Source: Podarcis liolepis
Lineage: Eukaryota
Direction: 5' to 3' (one strand)
Assembly: GCA_965112155.1 (NCBI GenBank)
Contig: OZ218103.1
DNA: 64,000 nucleotides
Shown here: positions 42,375 through 53,354 of the stretch, in pieces
How the letters are laid out: each line of letters starts with the position of its first letter
Numbering within the stretch: the stretch's first letter is position 1
The notes under the pieces: model-generated
Database searches by the model: none
What the model was told of the DNA's origin: nothing
What the model saw: only the letters and a program-made list of their open reading frames with translations
Program-made: the position numbers and the translations under genes

Positions 42375-42465
42375 AGGACCTGCTCGGGGGCTTCCCATAG
42401 ACATTCAGGTTTCCACAGCATGCCTGACTAGATGGGCCTTTGACCTGATCCAACAGGCTCTTCTA
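42375..42465 (+). mobile_element. CR1 3' end
   Basis: GGGCTTCCCATAGACAT...GACTAGATGGGCCTTTGACCTGATCCAACAGGCTCTTCT. Confidence 0.7.
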
Positions 42466-42476
42466 TTTTTTATATA

Positions 42477-42717
42477 CAGTGGTACCTCAGTTTACAAACT
42501 TTACCCGTTCTGGAAGTCCGTTCTTAAACCGAAACCGTTCTTAAACCGAGGCGTGCTTTCCCTAATGAGGCCTTCTGATGCCAGTGCCCTTCCACCGTTT
42601 GGATTCCGTTCTTAGACCTAGGTAAAGTTCGCAAACCGGGACACTGCTTCCGGTTTTGCGGAGTTCGTAAACTGAATAGTTCGTAAACAGGACTGTTCTT
42701 AAACCGAGATACCACTG
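42477..42717. mobile_element. Tc1/mariner-superfamily (Tigger/pogo-like) MITE, 241 bp
   Basis: TIRs CAGTGGTACCTCAGTTTA / TAAACCGAGATACCACTG, TA on both sides, internal GTTCTTAAACCGA subrepeats, CpGs retained. Confidence 0.9.
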
Positions 42718-42943
42718 TATTGTTTCATAGCTTTATTTATTGACATTGTGATTACTTGTACCTGTTCTTAGTTGAGGTGTCTTTTTAAAAAAAACACCAA
42801 ACCCAACATGTTTATATGTATTGTTGTTTGCTTGATATGTTATGAGCCACTTTGAGCAGAATTTTGTGGAAAAGTAGTATAGCAATAAACAAATGGTGAT
42901 GTGTAATTCCATGCTTCCACTCCCAGGCAATTCAGGATGAAAG

Positions 42944-42991
<48 letters not shown>
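42944..42991. repeat. (TCTA)n microsatellite
   Basis: 12 perfect units. Confidence 0.95.
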
Positions 42992-44049
42992 CAAAGTGGC
43001 CTAGGATTAGGAAATTACGGTGGCAGGCCACATGTTCTGCATGCTAGCATTTCCAGCTTCAATCCTTAGTATCTGTTGCCAGTTAAATAGGATCTTGAGT
43101 AGGGTGTTCTGAGGTAAACTCTGCCTGAGACTCCATTCAGAGTAGAGAATAGTGGGTCTGGTATAGGGTATGGCAATTTCTTATGCCCATATTTCTAACT
43201 AATGTTTGAGCTAAGGAGGACGGGAGAAGCTGCACAAGAATTATGTATGTTTGTTCTTTCTTGGAGCACAACCCAAGGCAAAGGGCATCTGAGAGATGCA
43301 TCAGAGTCTTTGAAGCAGTGCTCACCATTCAGAGACATTCCCAGATAGAATAATATAGCTCCAGTTCTATTTTGAGGCAGGCAGGCAAGCAGGCAGTCAT
43401 TCATTTGTATGGGCCTTTCTCCCCCTGCTCTCTCTTTCACAAGGCTCTTAATGAGACAGGCAAACAGCTGCTCCAAGTCTCTGTGAGTGTGAAGAGACAG
43501 GAAGCTACATCATAAACACCACTGCAATTTCTGTGTTGTGTTTTGTTAATGGCACTTTTCATCTTGTTTCCCCCTCCAATCTCATCCTATTTTCTGTCAT
43601 TCGCTTTGCCTTTGATCATGGTGTTTTATACATTGCTGCTTTCCATTGGAGGGCTAGAAGGCAACATTTCCCCTCTTCATCCTGTATAACTCAAAGCATA
43701 GCAGCCTTTGTCTGCAGTACTGGGTCACATGCCCCCCTCTTGTGAAGCGTGTACCATTAAAGCTGCATTTCTGACCCAGCAGCTCGCTGCCATGGAGCGG
43801 CTATGTTCATTCTGGAGTGAATGAAGCTCACTTGCAGGGATAGGGTGGGCACATTTGTCACTATTCATGAAGGCTTTGTAAGGAAAGAACTGAAGCAATC
43901 TGCAGTTCTCTCTCTCTCTGGCATCCTAAAGCAGGGATGAGGCCAAAAAGTGTTTGTTGGGGAAATATAAACATGTGTCCTGCATTGGACTGCAAAATCG
44001 ATCCAGTCCTCAAGCTCTGAACATGGCTAAGAAACAGTTGCTAGCAGAA

Positions 44050-44408
44050 GCAGAGTTGGCTCACTTATATTTGCTGCCTGAGGTGAAAGACAAGATGGCG
44101 TCCATATTCCACATACAGAACCTGACTGCACTGCAGTATATCTTAGGTCACAACCACACCATACATTTTAAACACTATTAGACCACTTTAAGTGCTTTAA
44201 ATGCATGATCTGGATACGACCTTAGTTCAGCACCAGTGATAGGACAGCATATTTTATTGCACCTGAAGGAAAGCTAGCTAAGAAGGTGCAAGGCAGCCCA
44301 TATAACACACACATCTTTGTCTTCTAGCACCTTGCTATTGCTTTTTGCCCTCAGTACCTGTTTCCTGAGGCAGCTGCCTCATTCTGTCTTATGGTAGGGC
44401 TGTTCCTG
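44050..44408 (+). mobile_element. hAT-like non-autonomous element with a nested MITE
   Basis: TGCTGCCTGAGGTGAAAGACAAGATGGCG...CCTGAGGCAGCTGCCTCATTCTGTCTTATGGTAGGGCTGTTCCTG; left boundary approximate. Confidence 0.55.
44146..44221. mobile_element. 76-bp Harbinger-like MITE
   Basis: TTA TSD (44143-44145, 44222-44224); imperfect inverted arms GGTCACAACCACACCATACATTTTAAACAC / GTGCTTTAAATGCATGATCTGGATACGACC. Confidence 0.75.
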
Positions 44409-44879
44409 TCACTAAGAGGCAGTGAAGGAGCTTGGCTTCCAGTTCCATATTGTTGCCAGTGGAAATGGTATGCATATGGAAGTGTATGATTTGCACAGAA
44501 GACATTCTGATGCACCCCACATGGATCAGATCGGTTCTACTCATAGGTTTGCAGAATTGCATCTTTGTGGTAACCCCTCCGCCCATGCCAGTTAAACTTG
44601 AAATATTCTTCAAACATAGCATTGCAGAGAAAGTTTGCTGCACAGGCTGGCCAACAACAGTCATTTATCTAGCAACTACTTTGCTACATCTTGTATCAGC
44701 CTTGGTTGTTTCTTCCTCCTCTTCCAGTCCAAATTACTTAAGAATCATCCAGAGAAAAGCCTCGTCACATGGAGCTATAATTAGCACCCTTTGTGTTTTC
44801 TCTGTTCTTGATGTGATAGATCCTGTCCCTGCAAAGAGAGTGGAGATTGTGCATATTTGGGGGATGGCAACGGTGAACT

Positions 44880-45260
44880 CTAATTGTATATTATTAAAAT
44901 AATATGATTTCCCCCTTTTATATAAGCTGCAGGCAATGCACTGTGTTTCCTCGAAATTTGGCACAGCTGGCCTTGATGGGAGCTGCAAAGGGTCTCCTGC
45001 AGGTGCTGCCACATAATCTTTTGACACATAGTGTCAGTAATTAAGTGTATAATTAAGAGAATGTCTGCAATTAATTCAATCAGTCTATCAATCAAACCCA
45101 CATTTCTAAGGGGCCTTTCATCCTAGCTTGCTTGGGAGCGCTGCATAAAGCGAAATGCCAAGCATAATGTAACATTTTATTTAAGGTTTAAATCAAAGGA
45201 GCTCTAATCAGTTCATCGTGGGCAAATGAATGTGATCTGAGCATTTGTAGGAGTAACACA
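44880..45260. promoter_or_regulatory. Candidate conserved non-coding element
   Basis: Repeat-free; clustered TAATTA sites, inverted TGACAC/GTGTCA (MEIS/TGIF-like), ATCAATCA (PBX-like). Confidence 0.4.
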
Positions 45261-45745
45261 GAACAGATCTGAGCAGAGTTTTAGGAATTATAATTTAGAA
45301 GAAGGCGAACTGTATCACTGACATTAAAGCCTGATGTTGTTCCCTTGAGACTGTCTAGGGTTGACCTCTCTATACAATTGTTCACTTTCTTCCATTAATT
45401 ATTCTATGACACACATCACTTGCCATAAGTACTGCATATCATTTGTATATCTGTTTCTAGTGAAAGGACTCAAAACTGCTCAGAAGATCAGCATCAACAA
45501 AGTGTCATTTGAAAGTACATGGCATTTGGGAATACATATGTGGATTAATTTAATGATAATTACTCATGGACCTTGAAATTCTATTCTTCACGTCTTCCCA
45601 GCTTACCTTACCATTGGTGTCGAAATAGAATGCCTTCTCCCCTTCATGAGTAGCAAATTTGAGGGCCAAAAGAGCTTTTGCATATGATTTAAATTAATTG
45701 GCAGTCTCACATTGTAGAAAATCGTCTGTCAGATACACTGGAATG

Positions 45746-46311
45746 AAGGGAGCTGCCATATAACAAGTCAGACTATTGTTCCATCTAACACAATGCTGTT
45801 TACAGTGACTGGATGCAGCACCCCAGAGTTTCAGGCAGGAGTCTCTTCCAGCTCTTCCTGGAGATGCCAGGGATTGAACTTTGAATGCTTTACCACTGAA
45901 CTGGTAAAGGGAAGCAGGTGGTGCTGTGGTCTAAACCACTGAGCCTCTTGGACTGGCTGACCAGAAGATTGGCGTTTCAAGTCTGCGCAATGGGGTGAGA
46001 TCCTGTTGCTCTGTCCAAGCTCCTGCCAACCTAACAGTTTGAAAGCACACCAATGCAAGTAGATAAATAGGTACTGCTGAGGCGGGAAGGTAAATTGCAT
46101 TTCCATGTGCTCTGGCACTCATCATGTTGTCCTGTTGCACCAGAAGCAGTTTAAGTCATGTTGGCTACATGACTCCTAATGCTGTTTGTGGACAAATGCA
46201 GGCTCCCTCGGCCTGAGGTGAGATGAGCGCTGCACCCCATAGTCGCCTTTGACTGGACTTAACCATTCAGTGGTCCTTTACCTTTTTTACCACTGAGCTA
46301 CAACCCCTCCC
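45746..46311 (-). mobile_element. Squam2-like SINE split by a Sauria SINE insertion
   Basis: AGCTGCCATATAACAAGTCAGAC...GGAGATGCCAGGGATTGAAC...TACCACTGAGCTACAACCCC (tRNA A and B boxes on the minus strand). Confidence 0.8.
45903..46285 (+). mobile_element. Full-length Sauria SINE (Squam1; Bov-B partner)
   Basis: GGGAAGCAGGTGGTGCTGTGGTCTAAACCACTGAG head, TGCAAGTAGATAAATAGGTAC core, (CCTTTA)n-type tail, 14-bp TSD TTTACCACTGA(A/G)CT. Confidence 0.92.
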
Positions 46312-46339
46312 ATCGAAACCTAGTTGTGTAAAGTTCCGC

Positions 46340-46440
46340 TATGGCTTTGTAGGTCATAATTAGCACTTTGAATTGGGCCCAGATAGACATAGGGAGCCAA
46401 TGCAGTTGTTTCAGCAATGGGGTGATATGCTTCTGATATA
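46340..46440 (-). mobile_element. L2 LINE ORF2 fragment
   Basis: HITPLLKQLHWLPMSIWAQFKVLIMTYKA within ORF 46298-46630, a diagnostic L2 C-terminal motif. Confidence 0.85.
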
Positions 46441-47094
46441 TTTTCTGGGCCATCAGAAAACCATTGGATCCATTAATCTCTTGGGGCAGAACATTCAAAT
46501 TCTGCAGGTTGAAGAATCTGGGAAGTCTAAGCCACAGGTGAGCAGCCTGTGGCCCTGATCTCATTTCATTTGGTTCCTGATGCCTCCTAAAGTTGCCCCC
46601 ATTCTTCAGTTCTTGCCTAGGATTAGGCATTCTAATCTGAGGTCACCATGGCAACTGTGGGTTTCATTTTCAAAGTAGTCATGGGATGAATATTTTATTA
46701 GTATATTGAGGGCAGATTTTCTTTCTTTCTTTTAACTGATTTGGCATTCAGTAGCAGAATGTTCAAACCCTGGGAGTTGTCACTAGTGCAATCAAGGGCC
46801 CATTGGTTGAGAGATGATCAAGAAGGCAAGGTGACCCAGACATGGTTAGAAATGACCTGACCATTGTCCACCACATCTCCCACTGCACACCGCTCTTTCA
46901 ATCGACTCTCTTTTGTGTGCTGCATTGTAATATTATATGTCAGCAACGTGTCAAGTCACTTATAATGAATGCTTGCCACACTGTTAGAAGTTTGTTGACA
47001 GGCATTGGTGCTGTGATGGCGAAGCAGCACCAATTAGAGTTTCTCTGCTCATTTCAATGGCGAGAGTATCAGCATATGCTAAAGCAGAAGTAGT

Positions 47095-47195
47095 CAACAT
47101 GATGCCTTCCAGATGTGGACTACAACTCCCATCAGCCCCAATCATAATTGGTTAGGAATGATGGAGCTATAGTCCACAACACCTAGAGACTACCC
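47095..47195. mobile_element. Palindromic MITE (family A)
   Basis: CCAGATGTGGACTACAACTCCCATCA / TGATGGAGCTATAGTCCACAACACCTAG. Confidence 0.7.
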
Positions 47196-48410
47196 CTGCA
47201 CAAAATGAAGTATGACTAGATCAGATCCATTCCTTGACATTAACTGGGCTTGCACAAGTGGTCTACACATGCATCTGAGCATATACAGGATGTAGTGCCT
47301 GAAGAACAATGCTGCATTGTAATCTTTATCATAATCATCCTTATCAGCAATTATAACTGCGGAGGGAAGAGTAATAGTTAGTAAGAGCTCAACTATAATG
47401 ATTCTCTGTTCTGGTAAATCAAAAGCACTTAAAATAGATGAAAGGGCAACATGAATAAAGTCACAATTTCTTGTGTAATCCCTAATCCTGACACTGTGTG
47501 ACCTTCTGTGAAAGGATTCTGCCTTTTCAAAAGTCTGTCATGCTTCTGTTTGTATGGGTAATGCTCACTCTGTGAAGTTAGATCTAAGAATGCTAGCAGT
47601 TGTCAAGCTTTCAAAAAAAGACATGTGAGCTCAGCCAGTTACTAGTATCAAGTCCCCCTTAGGCTGTAGTGACAAATTTTGTTTAGCACTGGAGACTTCT
47701 GAATAGCAGCACTAAACAACAGCGGTTAGGACTGGTGTCAGATTTCAGTTTCTGTAATTCTAATGTTTGCTATTGCCTTAATGAAAACAAATTAAGTATC
47801 ACTGGTTAAGCTGCAATTGCCAGTGTGTGGATTCCTTACCAAAGGAGGGACCTCACCACCACCTTGTCTCATTCCCTCCCTGTTCTGGATGGAAATACCA
47901 ATGTGCATAAATAGCTCAAAGGCAAACGACTGAATTGAAATGTCTGAAATTCCTCATCTTCCTTCTGAATCACAGTGAAACATACATGTTTTGCTCTCAA
48001 TTTCATTGGGTCTAACCCTCCCTAGGCTGCCCATGTCACCTTCCTGAAAGTAGCTTATTAGTGTAAATTATTCTGCAGAAACATATATGATCTCCCAGGA
48101 ATATTTTCTCTGCATATTTTCTTAAGGGCCAAATTTGATAAGACCCTTCAGTCTTAATCTGAATCTGACCCCTTGCATCTGCTATTTGTCTTGGAAGAAT
48201 GGACAGGAGCAGTTCTTCCAATGCAAATAGCAGGCACAGGGGCTGGATCTGGATTCCATCTCCCCCCTGCCCAGTGTCTTCTACTGACATTTTAAAGGCT
48301 ATTCATGTAATTGTTACTTGTGTGGATGGTGTCTCATCTAGTCTGGCTCTAAGTCAGAGATGGCTAACCTGCGGCTAACCTCCAGATGTTGTTGGACTAC
48401 ATCTTTGACC

Positions 48411-48542
48411 TTCAGGTAGGTAGCCGTGTTGGTCTGACGCAGTATCTGAAGAAGTGTGCATGCACACGAAAGCTTATACCCAGAACAAACTTAGTTGGTC
48501 TCTACGGTGATACTGGACAATTTTTAATTTTTATTTATTCAT
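48411..48542 (+). mobile_element. Short Penelope-like (Neptune-type) retroelement fragment
   Basis: 13-bp perfect TSD TACATCTTTGACC (48398-48410, 48543-48555); GGTAGCCGTGTTGGTCTG and AACTTAGTTGGTCTCTA blocks recalled from reptile Penelope-like terminal repeats; internal hammerhead core. Confidence 0.8.
48442..48479 (+). ncRNA. Minimal type I hammerhead ribozyme motif
   Basis: GUAU - CUGAAGA - A - stem II GUGUGC/GCACAC - GAAA - G - CUU - AUAC; palindromic AAGCUU in place of stem III. Confidence 0.75.
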
Positions 48543-48816
48543 TACATCTTTGACCGTTGGCCATTTTGTCTGTGGCTGATGGGAGCTGAAGTTCAGTAAC
48601 ATCTGGTGGACCGGAGGTTAGTCACCTGTGTCCTAAGCAATATCTACACAGAGGTTAAGAAAGTAACTCCATCCAAGAAAGAGCTCTCCTATTTTCTGAA
48701 TAGCAGATACCTTAAGACTCCATGGGGCAGTAGATCAAGTGACTGCAATCCCACTCCTTCCCTTTAAGCCCCATAGAAGGTACTGCAGAGCCATCTTTGT
48801 GGAGGGGAGGCAGGGC

Positions 48817-48819
<3 letters not shown>

Positions 48820-48851
<32 letters not shown>

Positions 48852-48859
48852 TGTGTGTG
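48820..48859. repeat. (TG)n microsatellite
   Basis: Seen directly. Confidence 0.95.
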
Positions 48860-49116
48860 ACTGTGGATACATGCAACCAATAAGAAGTGAGAATTTGGAG
48901 GGTCTGTTTAAGGGCATCTATGCTGGCCCACTTGAAGCATGCAAAGAGATAAACAGAACAGCAAAGGGACTACTGGGTTTGTGATCTACTTAGGCCTGTG
49001 GGCTGCCATGGTAGTAGCTGGGTGTAAGGAATAGGACTGTTTGGGCAAAGGTGAGCAGTAATGCAGCTCAGTCCCAGCCATACAGAGTAACAATATGGAA
49101 GTCAGGATCTCGTCGC

Positions 49117-49507
49117 TAAGAATGGAAGGACCTGTCAGCTTCGATTCATGCCGTTCCTTGTTTTTCCAACCTTAAAAACCAGTTCTTCATATTTCTGCAG
49201 CAATTTGTGTGTGTTTAAAAAGAACATGTTCACATGAAAATTCCTCAGTATTGCAGTGTGCATTTCTCCTAATAAACACAACTGTACATAATACCGTGCA
49301 CTTTTGTGTGCTATTTTCAGTAGTATATTCGTTTTTAGGTGCACTGTCCCCTAATGTATTTGTTTTGGAGAACTGTATAGCAAACTATGATAGTTGCAAA
49401 TTTTGAAGGATGGCTGTGTTTCAGTTCTCATATTGTTTCAGAAAGTGCAACTTTGATACATTCACCCTTGAATGTGAACAGAATTGAATGTCTCTCCCCC
49501 CCCCCTT
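49117..49507 (+). mobile_element. Non-autonomous hAT-like element (same family as 13468-13800)
   Basis: Collinear blocks CCAACCTTAAA, CAGTATTGCAGTGTGCATTTCTCCTAATA, TTGGAGAACTGTATAGCAAA. Confidence 0.6.
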
Positions 49508-50045
49508 GCATCTGCAGCAATAGCAGACCTTTGTTTTTTCACCATGTTTTACGATGTTAGTGGATAAGAGTGCATCTTTTCTGATGATAATAACCTGGTT
49601 TGAGGAATTTCTTTTTAATTGTGGTTATTATTTACATTCCACCCAACTCTTTTTAGATCCTGCTTGGGCACTCTCTGGGAAGAACGGAGCTCTGACATTA
49701 GGATTACTAGAGAGTAATTATATACAAATTATTATGCTATCCATAGTCATGTACGTGCTTATCTCTGGTTCTCAGATCTTGCTTCACTAAAAGGTGGATC
49801 AAAAGTCAAAGTGTTGCTCTGATTAAACCCATAATTAATTCTAGCTAGAAATCAGTTCCAAGGGCAACCTTGTAAGACCCTCCGTAGCCTGTTTGTGATG
49901 CCTTATAGGGGGAAAAAAAAGTGTCATGGAGATAACGCATATGTGAAATGCTACCTTTGTTAAAATGATGAAAATCCACAGGGCATAAAGGGTACTGCTG
50001 ATTTTAGAAAGGACTAAAACAGAAAGTGAGTGATTTTTAAAAAAG

Positions 50046-50050
<5 letters not shown>

Positions 50051-50103
<53 letters not shown>
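50051..50103. repeat. (TA)n microsatellite
   Basis: Seen directly. Confidence 0.95.
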
Positions 50104-50107
<4 letters not shown>

Positions 50108-50340
50108 TTTTTAAAAACCTGAAAACATGTAGGTATATTACTCTTCCACACAAATCAAAATATCAATTTATCATTTTGAACAGGCAAATATTTTCTCTTC
50201 AAGTTTTATTTTTGTCTGTATGCTTGTAATAATTCAAGGAAAATTCTTTCTCTGTGTGTGGATTCTAATGGCAAAAAATATACCTTCAATAGAGTTGCAA
50301 ATGCATAAATATGAATATTCATATGAATATTCTTTGCCAA

Positions 50341-50578
50341 GCTGTGCAGCATGAAGGCCGCTCCTTGCAAGTCCCTTTCCACCTGGCCTAGGGAGCAGGA
50401 CACACACAACAGTCCTACTGAAGAGGCTCCTCATGAGGCCAGAGGAACATCCCTCTGCTGTGGGGCATGAAGGCCGGTTACTCGCAAGGCCCTTTACACC
50501 TGGCCTAGGGGGCGAGGCCCAGACTCACCCAGCCCTACTGAAGAGGCTCCTCATGAAGCCGGAGGAACATCACCCAGC
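50341..50578. repeat. GC-rich tandem dimer, unit about 116-120 bp, followed by an L2-type tail (to about 50677)
   Basis: Both units share GCATGAAGGCCG, CACCTGGCCTAGGG and CCTACTGAAGAGGCTCCTCATGA(G/A)GCC(A/G)GAGGAACATC. Confidence 0.85.
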
Positions 50579-50764
50579 TATTGCTTTATTGCTTTAATAT
50601 GCTGTAAACCACTTTGAGATTTTTATTTTTATTAAAAATATAAAGCAGCATAGAAATTTAAAAATAAATAAATAAATGCTTAAAATTTCCTACAGTATAA
50701 GGCACAGTGAAGTGTGTTGTGGTGACTGACTTGAGTATGGTGGCTTAATTGTTTGTGGATTGGA

Positions 50765-51166
50765 ACGAATTTTTCATCCTATAGGGCGCACTGGCCCATA
50801 GGACACACCTCGTTTTTTTGGGGGGGGGAATGAATAAAAAAAAATTATTTCCCCCCCCAGCCGCGGCTGCAGCCCCAAGCCTTGCGCACACCTGCCCGAA
50901 GCATGGGGAGCCCTCCAGAGGGCTTCCCGTGCTTCGGGCGGCAGACTGCTGCTCACAAGCCTTGTGCGCCCGCGGGAACTCCCGCCGGGCGCGCAAGGCT
51001 TGCGGATAGCTTCCTGAAGCCTGGAGAGCTAGAGGCATCGGTGCGCACCGACCCCTCTCACTCTCCAGGCTTCAGCGAAAGCCTGCATTCGCCCCATAGG
51101 ACGCACACACATTTCCCCTTCATTTTTGGAGGGGAAAAAGTGCGTCCTATGGGGCGAAAAATACGG
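50765..51166. mobile_element. Tc1/mariner-superfamily (Tc2/pogo-like) MITE, GC-rich
   Basis: Right TIR GTGCGTCCTATGGGGCGAAAAATACGG followed by TA; degenerate left TIR ACGAATTTTTCATCCTATAGGGCGCAC; subterminal CCCATAGGAC(G/A)CAC repeats. Confidence 0.85.
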
Positions 51167-53354
51167 TAATCTATGACAAGGGTGATAGATTACATTATTC
51201 TCAGGATACTTCTATTCTCAAATATTATGCCATCCACTCATGAGTGTCTAGAGGTAAAGTCTTCAAAGGTTTAAAGCACATGAGCTTAGATGATACCAAA
51301 TCATCAGTGGCAGGGGAGGTTGCTGAGGGATGTATGGGCTTCAAGAAGATCTCTTCTAAAAGCAGATTGTCAGTGATTTTTACCTTTCCAGAATACAAAT
51401 GGTAAATATGTGAAACACAGAGACAAATCAATTTCTTATTCATTTCAAGTGAAATTCCAAGCATTTTAAAACCACCCATTGATTACAATTAGGGCCAGAT
51501 GTTGCTTTATGGACCCAAAGAGATCAATACATGAATATTGCTTCATGATGTGAGGTGACATTGCAGTTCATGTCAGATCATTCAGATGTATATGCCCTAA
51601 CCTGAAACACATTACTCAGAAGTTAGCCCCACTGATTTCACCGTAGTAAGTTTAATATGGTGGTCTATGTCAAATACATTGTGGAAATGTTATCTCTATG
51701 AACGCACACATATAGGAACGCACACATATACCTGCAACTGAGAATTGTGTCCATGTAATCAGGACTCAATATACCTGCTTTGCCACTGGAAGTTCAGGAG
51801 CAGATTCCCTCTGCAAACTAGCTTTAATGTGTGTGGAACTATACTCCATTGAGATTCACCGTAGAATCAAATACACCACAGACTATAGTTCCTTTCCCCC
51901 ACCTAGATGGGTGAGAACCAGCTTGACTTTAGAGTAGGCAAATTTGGCTTTCAGGGATCAGATGTACATACTGGGCATCTGTGTCCAAGTCCTGTGTATC
52001 TCTAGCCTAATTCTATTTAGCAGTTGAGAACTTTGACTATTTAATTTTGAGCTTTCGTATCATTGGGGCAGGCAGGGGCAGGGTCCTGCAGATGTACTGC
52101 CTTTGAGGGACATTCAGGATTGGTAATTCTGCTTAGTTGTCACAAATATATGTGAGGCTGGACTGCTGCAATGTGACAATGGGTTCAATAAAACAGTGCC
52201 AACATCTTCACATTAAACTGAAAGTGGGTGTCTGCAATGACAGAATTCTTGCTGAGGTCTGGGTTTCTAAGGAATATCACAAAGCTGCAGCCTTTTCAGT
52301 TTTTTTAAAATTGCTCTAAAATTAAGACTAGGAAGGAAGTAGGAGAAAAGAATACAGGCCTATACATTTTTGGAACTGAGCACTAAATCTTTCAGGGCAA
52401 ATAATGGATGCTGACAGTGCAAAGGCATTATTTGGTCTGTTTGAAATTTGCCTGTCCTTGTTTTCCCACTCTGTGTCTCAGGGAGTTGAAAGCTATGAAA
52501 AGGCAATTACATTTGCTGAATGATTAGTGGGAGATGTGACATTTGTGTATGTCGAAAATGTTTAACTGCATTAACCTTTGCAAAATTTACACTGACACCT
52601 TAAAAATTATACATCTTGTGCGCCACTTGAAAAATCTGAAATGCCCTCCAATGTAAAGCTTATTTACATTTGCTTTTTTTACAAAATAAATGGCTCTCAT
52701 ATTTGAAGAGAGTTTTGCCAGAAAGTTGAGAGTGCTGAAGCAAGGAAAGTCAAGTGTATGAAGGTGCTTGGTTGCCTCCCAATTGGAAAAGTGAAGTTGA
52801 AAAGCAAACAAAACCCTCACAGAATGCAAATTGCAAAAAGAAGACAAGTTCAAATACAAAATGCATAAGGTATTTAAGTCTCAAGGAAGCAGCTTGCAAA
52901 CTTTTATAGACCTTTACTTTAAAAAATAATAATACACAGGATGTCAGTAGATTTTCAAAATGTTTTCCCCAAATATATTCAAAGTGCAAACAGGCAATTA
53001 AAATGTTCTATGCCACTCTTCTTTTCATTGCCACTTCCCCCAGCATGCTCAGTTTCTGCTGGGACTGCTCACCTAACCAGGTTTCTTTCTTCTCTAAAGA
53101 GTCTTCCTCACTGGCGTCAGTGTGAATGCTCAGCTGATTCAACTCCATGCCTCTTGCGCTTCACTCCACTGAAATCTGATTTGTTATGAGACAGACTCCG
53201 GTGGAATGAAGGACAACAGAATCCATGGAACTTTCTTTGTGTACCTTGGTGACTGGGGCAAACAAACATGTCATGAGAAAAAAAGTCAGTAGCAGACACA
53301 GGTTGAGTGAAAATTAACACTGGAAAACATTAAAGGCAGTATTTGTACAGCTCT

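Larger units (their letters stand above)
48355..48630. mobile_element. Palindromic MITE (family A) hosting a Penelope-like insert
   Basis: Ends CAGAGATGGCTAACCT / AGGTTAGTCACCTGTG; degenerate 8-bp TSD CTCTAAGT / TCCTAAGC. Confidence 0.75.

Noticed and set aside
44432-44902. 156-aa ORF
   Set aside because: TTG start, no motif, composition typical of chance ORFs.
45600-45690. Minus-strand tandem donors (ATG|GTAAG|GTAAG) after a short open frame YAKALLALKFATHEGEKAFYFDTN
   Set aside because: In-frame stop just upstream and no good acceptor.
50698-50716. miR-124-like TAAGGCAC start
   Set aside because: Only the seed region matches; no precursor hairpin.
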